NCBI GenBank assembly: GCA_051294375.1
Contig: CM119263.1
Coordinates: forward strand, 30,926,053 to 30,990,052
Reading direction: 5' to 3'
DNA: 64,000 nucleotides
Origin: Paraspadella gotoi
Taxonomy: Eukaryota; Animalia; Chaetognatha
The notes under the pieces were generated by a model that searched no databases, was not told the DNA's origin, and saw nothing but the letters and a program-made list of their open reading frames with translations. Below are positions 54,283-64,000 of the stretch, one piece after another (within the stretch, counting starts at the first letter, position 1; every line of letters begins with the position of its first letter). A program made the translations under genes and the position numbers.

Positions 54283-55799
54283 CAGGCATCCAGAAGGATT
54301 TAAACTTGTTCAAAAAAAGCCTGGTAGTTGATTCGCTTGAAGACAGGCGCGTTTTTGTCAGGCGTCTGTTTGTGAAACTAGTTAGTTTATAAAAAAATGG
54401 AATTTTTAAATAAGACAAAGATGACGACGATGACGACGACGACAAAATTGGGCGGCGGTGGCGGCGGCGGCGGCGGCGGCTGCAACTGTTGCAGGCACAA
54501 ATATTCTCCAATTAGTATTCGCCGGTTTTTCTCGTTTGAGTCACAACCGTTTATCCTTCGTCACTCCTCCTCTTCCTCCTCCTCTTCCTCTTCCTCCAAC
54601 TCCTCATCTTCATCATCATCATCATCATCATCATCATCTTCTATAAATACTTTATCCACCGCGAAACGTTGCTATCAGATTCCTTCCCGATTCTCTCACA
54701 AATTCATTTTTCCTTTTGTTGTCATTAATCGCATCTCATCCAGACATTTATCCATCAATCAAGCAATCCATCCCTACAACCATTTATCCATTCACCAATC
54801 CAAACAACATTTCATTCATCAAGCCATCCATCCACCCATCTATCCATGATCTATACATGATCTATCCATGATCTGTCCCATACCCAATTTTCGAACAGCT
54901 GAAAAACATTTAAATTTCGGTTTTTCTATTTGGAAATTTATGAACAACCAGCATAAAAATAATTATCCATATATTCATAAAATTAACTCTTTGGTCCTAG
55001 ACTTTGGACAAGATATGGTGATCCTTTTCAGAATCTATTTCAAGTCTTAATTCATCGCGACCTTTTCTTATCCCGCTTTCCAAACACCAGTTCACATTTA
55101 ACCAAACTTCACAATTCACATTTCAGTTTTTTTTCCCAAAATTCCCTGCTTCCATTTTTTTTATCCTTTTCCTTCCAAAAACTTAATTCCACTTTCAAAA
55201 TATTTTAAGCCAAAAAAAAAAAGTTGAGAGGCGGCTTTGGAAGTAAAAAAAAATCCTTTCCTCTTTTGCCACCTCATTACTCCAAATTTGGGCCACACTC
55301 TCTTAATAACTCTATCCCGTATCCTCTGCACCCTCGAAAGTCTCCTTCACACTGTCTTCAACATCCTTTGCACCCTCTGTTCATTTCTTAACAACCTCTC
55401 TGGATTGTGGTTCACCCACTTTGGGCTTAACGAGTTACGTCTGTTTAATTTCACGATTTTTTGTCTGCCTCTTTAACTTTTAAAAACGATTTAACTCATT
55501 TCTTAATTGTAAAACACGAAATGTCATAAAATTGTTGTTATTCCGGATACCATTTGGCCTTATTTTCAGCTTAAATTTAAAAGTTTAGTTTTAGTTTAAA
55601 ATTAAATTGGGGTATATGGATACTAAATAAGGATTAGACCAAAAATTCTTAGATTATGGTAGGGTTAGGGATTAGGATTAGGAAAGGATTAAGCATTTTG
55701 GAAGAGATTAAGGTTAATTATTAAATTATCAAAATTTAATATTAGTAACAAAAATGAGGCGTTTTTGGAAAACAATACCGGCTTCCCTTTTTCTCCCTA

Positions 55800-55836
<37 letters not shown>

Positions 55837-55924
55837 TCACTCCCTACTTCCAGCCACTTTCCATCTCTCCCGGTAGAGATACAAAAATTCGAAAAGTTTT
55901 CACGCTGCGTTGGTTTTTGAAAAT

Positions 55925-55997
<73 letters not shown>

Positions 55998-56330
55998 AGA
56001 GAGACATGGAAAAATAAGTACACGTCCATGCAAGGAAAAAGGGGAGAGAGGCAGAGATGGAGCGAGAGAAAGAGAGAGAGAGAGAGAGAGTGAAACTCAA
56101 AATAAATTTGCAGTTATTACGAATTTTTTTCTCTTAGTTTTTATTTGCCCAAATTTTTGCTTTTCTTTTCTCGCCTTTTTCTTTTTATTTTTCTTTCTCT
56201 TTTTTATACCCGCCTTTATCCTCTCCCCTTTTTCCTTTATTTTTATTTTATAATTTTTAATAATCTTCACCTAATTATAAATTTTCTCTTCTTACTTTCT
56301 CTTCCTCCATTATTTTTATTTCCTTTACTC

Positions 56331-56384
<54 letters not shown>

Positions 56385-56808
56385 TTTTTGTCTCTCTTTT
56401 TCCAGAGCACCCCATTTCTGTTGCTTTTTCCCAGAATTAAATATATTCTTAAACTTATAACACAATCCCTAACCCTGATGACAAACTCTAGCCTAGTCTT
56501 AAACTGTAACCTTAGTCACTAGCCTAATCCCTAACCTATAACCTAATCTTTAACTTCAAAAATTAACCGAATTCCGAATTTAAGATTAAAATTGGTCGTT
56601 CTGCGATAATAAAGCCCTTTATTTCTCCTTCTTTCTTCTCCCTCCTTTTCTCTTCCTCCTCCTTTCCTCTCATAATTCAAAACCCAAATATAGAACAAGA
56701 GTTTTTTTTTTTCTTTTTTTTGTTCCTTTGTTCTGTTTGAACTAAGAACTCGAGCGGGTCTTTCATTTTCTTTATTTTCCTTCGATAAAATTAAATGGTG
56801 GAGAAAAG

Positions 56809-56880
<72 letters not shown>

Positions 56881-58608
56881 TGGCTCCTATGATTCATAGA
56901 CAAAGACATCGCCCATTGTCGACCCCATGGTATTGGGAAACCGACTCCATTGTACTTTTTTCTCTTTTGAATTTTTAATACATTTTATATATTAGTACTT
57001 TTTTCATTATTTAACGAGAGTTTATTCCCTCATATCAAGGACAATGAATTAATTAAGGGTTTTTTTCTCTCTCTGTTTAATCGGGCCTAACGATTCGCTC
57101 CCACTAGAGTACAGGGGGAATCATTTTATGTTTCGTGTAATCTACAGTACGATCAGTTGAGTGAAAATTGCGGTACAATGCATTTTGTCCGCTGTCCGAG
57201 GACATAACAGATTGTTCATAAATACACATATATATATCCTTAAACAATAAACACATCATAATGAACAATGTTGATTACGAAATAAAAATTTGATTGTCGT
57301 CCTACATTCGAAATAAGTTGACATCAGTTAATTTAGAAAAATAAAAGTTTAATTTTCCACTAAATTTCACTAAAGGTTAATCAACTTCTGCCGCAATAAA
57401 CTGGTCTCTCATTTCGTTTCCCTTTTTTGGCCTTATTTTCTCATAGCGACCCATTTCATCCTAAATTCAAAATTGAGTTAGTTTTAAGTTTAAAGATTAA
57501 TTTAAAAGTTAAGCTTAAGGATTATATTTTGGATTAATTTAAATATTAAGGTAAGTGATTAAGGTTAGGCAAGATAGACAATATTTCCTCTTCTTCCTCC
57601 CCTCATAGTGTCCTCCTCTTTATCCCCAAGTTATGGATCGGGTTTTGGAGATAGGCTTCACAATAACTTACCATAGTTTTAGGTTCTTCGATCCTTTTTT
57701 GCCCTCTCTCTTTTTTTATGTACCTTTATTCCCCTTGCTGTATCTGTTTCCCATTTACCCATATATATCCTTACCTCACCTCTTTTCCCTGCCGAGAGCA
57801 TAGTTAAAGCCTTACCATAACATCGCAGATGGAAAAGGAACCAAAAATAGAATCGGATCCGCAACTCGGGTAGAATCCGCCGGAAGCCGGAATCTATCCT
57901 CTCATTGGACGAACTACCAAGTGAAGCAACCAATCACAAGATGGGCTTTATGCCATCGGGAAAACCTGCCCGTATTGATGATCCGATTGCTCTGTATAAA
58001 TACTGACCATTTTTGTATTGATTCACTCTGTCTCAAATTCTGACACCGTCTTGTTCTTATTCTGAAATAAATTCCACTTTGGTTTCATGCTGAAATCCTT
58101 GTCTACTTACTTAAATGATAGATAAATAAATTCCTTCAGGCCTCTCTCCAAGGTCTAACCTTCCCCAGGATTAAAGTTTAGGGTTTGGGTTCGAACTTAA
58201 AGATTAAGTATGAGGGTTAATATTTAGGCTAGGGTTAGGGATCAGGGTTTATGGTTATATGAAATTGGTACAACCAATATAAAAATGATCCATTCATTTA
58301 ATAAATAAGCTATCTTGCCCCTGACTTTGGACAGGCTTTGGTGGTTTAAGGCCTCCATCACTCTTACAAGATAATGACATAGCAGGTCCCTACAAGCTTT
58401 CAATCAAGACTCTCTCACAGTCTCGTTTATTCACTCCCATATATTATAATCTTAATTGAATTGGGGCAATTTGGGAAAATAGAGTCGCGTATTTTTTTTA
58501 TTTTCGGTTTTATCCTCTCTTGTTTTCATTTCGTTGTTTTTTGTTTTTTTTTTTGTTTTTTCTCTCTCTCTCTTGTTTTATCTTTTGTTTTTATTTTGTT
58601 TTAATTAG

Positions 58609-58780
58609 GAATTCATCGAGAATCGAAGTCGCTGGCGGCGGCGCTGCGGCTGGAGGCTGCGCTGCGGGCGGCGTCGAGCGGAAGCGCCGGCGGCGGCGGC
58701 GGCGGTGGCGGAGGAGGAGGAGGAGGAGGAGATGGACACAGCGAAATCGGGATGAAACTAAACGAGAGAGAAACACGAAG
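58609..58780 (+). CDS. Class A GPCR, long ICL2 exon with poly-Gly
   Basis: Acceptor ttgttttaattAG (phase 1). Translates IHRESKSLAAALRLEAALRAASSGSA-G14-DGHSEIGMKLNERETR. Donor AAG/GTGAGA (phase 2) exactly bridges the phases of the TM3 and TM4 exons. Confidence 0.75.
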
Positions 58781-59281
58781 GTGAGAAGGAGGAAGGGGGG
58801 GAAGGGAGAAGGGGAGGGGAAGAAGAAGAAGAGGACAATGGGACATATGTCTAAAAGTCTACAAATATCAATAAATGTTTAACTGTCTACCGAATCTTAT
58901 TTAATTAAGTTTTATAATTTCACGTGACGAAAAAATGTCTTTATTGTCATCATTGCTTGTTTAATACTACCATTTCGTTTGCCATCATTGCTTTTCGATA
59001 TCATAGATTAGGCAATGTTTAATTCCTTGTCCCAATTGAGCATCAGATGTCATATCAAAGACTTTCAAATCTTTGCCCTTTTAGATAATAATCGCTCTAA
59101 TCAAGTGAGAAACTTTGCCTGCAATGATTGCTCAATAGAAGTTATCACTGAATAGAACATCCGGGTATTCACAGAAAGAAGCCTTTCACAGAATACCGAA
59201 CCTGCGTCGAACCGTTTCTCCAAGAATCTCTCACTCTTTTTCACGCCAACCATTAGACCCACTATTGCTCTCAGCTGCTTC

Positions 59282-59371
<90 letters not shown>

Positions 59372-60208
59372 TTCCTCCAGCTTTGACGAGGGTCTAAATT
59401 TGATTTATTTGCATAATTAATTAGCCCAGGAAACAATAAAGACTTGGCAGAACCGTACCCAGTCATCCAACTCGGCATGTGCTCATTTATTGAAATTTAT
59501 TTTAGACGTTTCGTCATGAGAGAATTTAATTTTGAATAATTAATATATATATATTTTTTTTTGCCTAATTACTAGTATGTTTCACTTTTGTCAGTGGTAT
59601 GGAGAATGTATAAATAGATATGAGATGATGATTACTTTAAATAAATCATCAATTTTTTTATGTAATAAATGATTAAACTTAACGAGAAAAATTCAAGCGA
59701 CTAAAAAAAATGTTGAGGCGAGTGAATGAACTTTGATCGTCGCCGGTTTATCGTCTCTTTATAGCGTCACGCCTGATTAGAGGCGCCTGATTAGAAACCT
59801 CAAGACAGGGGCCTGTCACCAGGCTTATTGATAGACCTCCTGGCGACTTCATTCAACCGCATATAACTGGCCAGGCCTACAGGCGCTTTTCTTTCTCCCA
59901 CGCCTGTTTGTAATGACCTCTCTCTCTCTCTCTCTCTCTCTCAGGAACTATTAGTAACTCAACGAAACCCATTTTTGCTCTTTTTTTTAAAGCCTAACGG
60001 TTTTTCATCCCTCAGGTTTTTTTCCGCTCCCTTCACCGCGATGTTATTATGGTCATTAGTCCCTCAAGTCTCAATTCTCCCTTTTGGCCGGAACCACCTC
60101 GAACCCCCTCCTCTTCCTCCTCCTACTCCTCCTCCTCCTCATCGTCTCACCTAGAGAGAAAAAGCATTGTCGACTCTGGTTATTTTTGAGTAGTGAATGA
60201 TGGAGAGG

Positions 60209-60242
<34 letters not shown>

Positions 60243-60452
60243 AACAAGAACGGTAATTCCAATGTGTTGCGCCGCAGTAACTTTATTTCCCTTTGATCAC
60301 ATGATATGACATAGTATGACATGACTAAAAAACTTTCTTTGGTATGTACTTTGACATGTACTGACAGATATACCGACGGACCGACCGACCGACGGACCAA
60401 CCGAAAAGTTACTCAAAGAGTTGCTCTGCGAGTACTCACGGCGCAACTAAAA
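60243..60452 (-). mobile_element. Helentron-associated / DINE-1-like element, internally deleted with both ends present
   Basis: Minus strand reads ttttagttgcgccgtgagtactcgcagagcaactc...gtccgtcggtcggtccgtcgg...ctgcggcgcaacacattggaattaccgttcttgtt. Subterminal inverted repeat gttgcgccg/cggcgcaac. Confidence 0.7.
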
Positions 60453-60500
60453 AGGAAGACGTTAAGTATAGAGAAGAGGGAGATAAGAGAGAGGATAATG

Positions 60501-60544
<44 letters not shown>

Positions 60545-61053
60545 TAAAATGCTCTAGACTTTAAAGATTCATTTTGGATGGATGCATTGTAACAATTGTT
60601 ACATGGCTAACGTGGGGATATGGGAAGAAATAGTAAATGACCAGTTTAATAGAATTAATATAAAACAGTTTTGAATTGTTACAATTCAAAACTGTTTTTC
60701 CTAAATGAATTGAGATAAATCTTTTTAACAATTTTTTATCAACGATTTTAATTTTATTTTAATTTCATTTTTTATTTTTTATTCTATCATTTATCTATTA
60801 TTATTTATTATCATTATTACTCTGAGTAGTATTCATTATCATTTAATTATTATCATTTCTATTTTACTTTTTAAAAAAAGAATCATTTTATATGTAGATT
60901 TTTCGCCTCCCTCTCCAAGAGCAGTCCCACCCCCTACTCTCTGCCCGCCAATTCCATTCTCACTCATTCACATTCACCATTAGTCACATTCACATTAGTA
61001 AATATATACATATATATACATTGAAAATAATTTAAATATTTCCTCCTTTCAAG

Positions 61054-61167
61054 CGCCCCGTCTTCCAACGAGCGCTTGACTCGTCCAGTCTTCACTTTCT
61101 TCGTCGTCGTCGTCGTCGCGATGAGCGTCGCTATCGTCACTCGGACGGCGTTCAGTCCTGAATGCAG
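61054..61167 (+). CDS. Class A GPCR, TM4-ECL2 exon
   Basis: Acceptor tttcctcctttcaAG (phase 2). Translates APSSNERLTRPVFTFFVVVVVAMSVAIVTRTAFSPEC(R) with an ECL2 Cys. Donor CAG/GTTCTT (weak), phase 2. Confidence 0.75.
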
Positions 61168-61449
61168 GTTCTTGTTGTCGTTGTTGTCTTCGTTGTTGTT
61201 GTTGTTGTTGTCTTCGTAGTTGTTGTTGTTGTCTTTGTAGTTGTTGTTGTTGTCTTCGTAGTTGTTGTTGTTGTTGTTTTCTTCGTTGTTGTGGTTGTTG
61301 TTGTCTTCGTTGTTGTTGTTGTTATTGTTATTTTCATTGTTGTTGTTGATGTTGTTGTATTCGTTGTTGTCTTCGTTGTTGTTGTTGTTGTCTTCGTTGT
61401 TGTTGTTGTTGTTGTCTTCGTTGGTGTTGTTGTTGTCTTCGTTGTTGTG
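61168..61449. repeat. (GTT)n microsatellite punctuated by gtcttc, at the start of an intron
   Basis: Read directly. Confidence 0.9.
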
Positions 61450-61818
61450 TTTTTATCTTCATTATTTTTATTATTCTTTTGTTTTGGTTTAATGGTTTTT
61501 AATCACAGGACGGGCCAATCGTCCATGGGTCACAGTATCACAAATAATCGCATTTTTGCGCACGAAGGAAATGCTACGACCAAAACTTACAAATCATTAA
61601 AAATTGTTCTTGAATAACTAATTATTTATTAAAATACCTTTGACGGGTTTTGGTTGTTGTTGAATATATTGTTTTTTTTAAATATGTATATAATACTATA
61701 TATATACTATACTATATACTATATACTATATATGTATTGTATAGAGGATGAGGCACAATTACCATAAATCTCATATAATTTCCGCCCGGACTTCCCCACG
61801 GTTTTCCCTCTTCTTCAG

Positions 61819-62000
61819 ACAATCGACCCTCGTCCGTCCTTCCGCCTACACCACCCACGTGGCGCCATCTCTTTACGTCCTTCTCGCCTCGATTCTTCCC
61901 GCCACAATCGTCGCCATCTTGATTCTCGTCTCCGCCGCCAGGAGGATTCGACTCCGCGCCGCCCTCGCCGAAGCGGAGGCAAAGGAAATTAAAACAAAAG
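61819..62000 (+). CDS. Class A GPCR, TM5-ICL3 exon; TM6/7 not found in the window
   Basis: Acceptor ttccctcttcttcAG (phase 2). Translates QSTLVRPSAYTTHVAPSLYVLLASILPATIVAILILVSAARRIRLRAALAEAEAKEIKTK (P5.50). Donor AAG/GTCAGT. Confidence 0.82.
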
Positions 62001-62477
62001 GTCAGTTGGGGAGGTTAAATATGGAAGATAGAAATTATTATTTTGTTTTATGAAAATATATAAAATCAATTTCAAAATTATTTATTTTTTACGAAAAAAA
62101 ACTTTGGACAGACTATGGTGAATCAAGATTGTATCACTGTCTCACTACCTGAGTTCTTGGCTTCCTTAACGTTTTATGTGATTATTTAGACGACCGATAG
62201 GCGCGCTAAATTTGTTTTTCAAGAGAACAAAATATACTACGTATTTATAAACGAAAGTCAATGAGGAATATTTTTCCTTCAAATCGAAGAGAAACTACGA
62301 AACCGGAAAATATGGTGAATAAAAAAAAACAGGAAACGAAACGGAAAAAAGAGCATAAAAAGGCAAAAAAAGGCAAAAAAGGCAAAAAAATACTTAAGAA
62401 GCGAAACAAAGGAACAAAGAAGACAATTGAGAGGAAAGCCGCTACAGGAAACCGAGAAAGAAAATATGGAGAAAAGA

Positions 62478-62529
<52 letters not shown>

Positions 62530-62796
62530 AAGACTTAGAGAAAGACAGAGAGAGGCAGAGAGGTTGAAAAAGAGACAAAGAGAAAACAGGAGAGAGATAA
62601 ATACAGACCGAGACAGAGACCGAGAGAGAGATCGAAAAAAAAAAGAAAGAGAGAGATGAATAGAAAGAGGCAGACAGACAGAGAGAGAGAGTCTTGCATC
62701 GTAAAAAAAGCCATGAACTCCACTCGGGTCTTCCATCGTCTTTGCTGAAAAATCGAGACTTGAGGGGAAAATTCACGAGACAGAATAAACGGGAAG

Positions 62797-63035
62797 AATG
62801 AGGAGTTGAGGGGATGAGGAGTTGAGGGGATGAGGAGTTGAGGAGTTGAAGGGCTGAGGATATGAGGAGAGGAGGAGTTGAGAAGTTAAGGAGTTTAGGG
62901 GATGAGGAGTTCAGGGGATGTGGTGTTGAGGAGTTGAGGGGATGAAGAGTTTAGGAGTTGAGGGGATGAGAAGTTGAGGAGATGAGGGGTTGAAGGGTTG
63001 AGGAGTTGAAGGGTTGAGGAGGTGAGGAGTTTTAG
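62797..63035. repeat. Degenerate gaggagttgaggggat-type purine-rich repeat
   Basis: Read directly. Confidence 0.8.
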
Positions 63036-63582
63036 GAAAGAGAGGACGGGATATAAAATGTCCAGATGAAGAGATGAGAAGAGAGATACAGTAATGAGAT
63101 ACAGTAATGAGAAGAGAGATACAGTAAAGGGTCGAGTCATGAGATGAAATATTAGAATTTATATGATTGAACGAAATTTAAAAAAGAAATTCTGTCACAT
63201 CTTTTATTAGATGAGGATGAGGAATAGTATTAGTGGAGTGAATGTTTTGTTGCATTTGCTTGTGAATTTTGTCCATTTGTATTTTTTTTTATTCATATTG
63301 TACATTCAAAGAATTATAATGAGGGTTGAAGAATGAGATAAGTGAAGAGTTGAAGGAAGAAATAAAAGGATGAGGAATGAGATTAAAATATGAGATATTA
63401 AATAAATAGAAGCAAGAAGTAAAGGGTGAAGGGATGAAAGAAGAATTTTACTCCAGAGAGAAGAAAAGGAACAATAAGTGTCAAAGTTGAAAGGAAGTAA
63501 ATATTTTTATGCCTCGTGATGTGAAATAAAATCAGCAGAAACGAAACAGGAAAAGAAAAAAGAACCTTTCAAAGCAAAAATT

Positions 63583-64000
63583 TATGGAAAATGGAAAAAA
63601 ATGGAAAAGGAAATGGAAGAGAAAATGGAAAGGAAATGGAAAAGAAAATTAAAAAGAAAATGGAAAAGAAAATGAAAAGAAAATGGAAAAGAAAGTGGAA
63701 GAAAAAATGGATAAGAAAATTGAAAAGAAAGTGGAAAAGAAAATGGACAGAAAATGGAAAAGAAAATGGAAAAGAAAATGGAGAATAAAATGGAAAGGAA
63801 AATGGAAGGGAATTAGAACAGAAAATGTAAAAGAAAATGTAAAAGAAAATGAAAAAAAAACTGAAAATAAAATTGAAATAAAATGGACAGAAAGTGGGAA
63901 GGAAAATGTTAGAGAAAATGGACAGAAAACGGACAAGAAAATGAAAAGAAAATGTAAAAAAATGGGAAAAAAATAGAAAAGAAAATGGAAAAGAAAATGG
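63583..64000. repeat. Degenerate 12-bp aaaatggaaaag tandem repeat running off the window end
   Basis: Read directly. Source of the K/E/W-rich ORFs. Confidence 0.9.

Noticed and set aside
54397-54849. 150-aa ORF with poly-T/G/S as a GPCR exon or separate gene
   Set aside because: It consists of trinucleotide repeats, is not needed for phase continuity of the GPCR, and has no recognisable domain.
60016-60200. AGTTSNPLLFLLLLLLLLIV as a GPCR TM1
   Set aside because: The hydrophobic run comes from a (CTC)n repeat and the frame has an upstream stop. A better TM1 exon with matching phases exists at 51271-51358.
61162-61617. Poly-Val (plus) or poly-Thr mucin (minus) ORF
   Set aside because: This is a (GTT)n microsatellite beginning at the donor of the TM4 exon, i.e. 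intronic.

Overview
AT-rich eukaryotic (invertebrate animal-like) genomic window, saturated with (GA)n/(CT)n microsatellites and containing four N-gaps. Most short ORFs in the track are microsatellite artefacts. Reading splice sites by hand gives two real spliced genes. (1) A minus-strand NLR-like gene at ~19532-14218. It has a DZIP3-type HEPN domain (RNNLAH), a NACHT NTPase, and a phase-matched GT-AG intron leading into a six-blade KLHDC1/2-like Kelch propeller with no C-terminal BC-box. The HEPN and NACHT frames are offset inside a (GA)6G microsatellite. (2) A plus-strand class A GPCR with seven phase-compatible exons at 48842-62000, covering the N-terminus to TM5/ICL3 and continuing beyond the window. 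It has an ESI variant of the DRY motif and a long poly-Gly ICL2. Mobile and repeat content: two tail-to-tail RLE-clade non-LTR retrotransposon fragments forming a ~900-bp inverted repeat just upstream of the NLR-like gene; a Ty3/Gypsy LTR element (35582-40755, GTAT TSD) whose empty site is also in the window; a Helentron/DINE-1-like family; a TIR MITE with TTAGGG-like interior; a tRNA-derived SINE; and several minisatellites. The 24-51 kb region is an indel-rich re-duplicated block broken by 25-N gaps, probably partly an assembly or haplotype artefact. No database searches were run; family calls rest on motifs recognised by eye.
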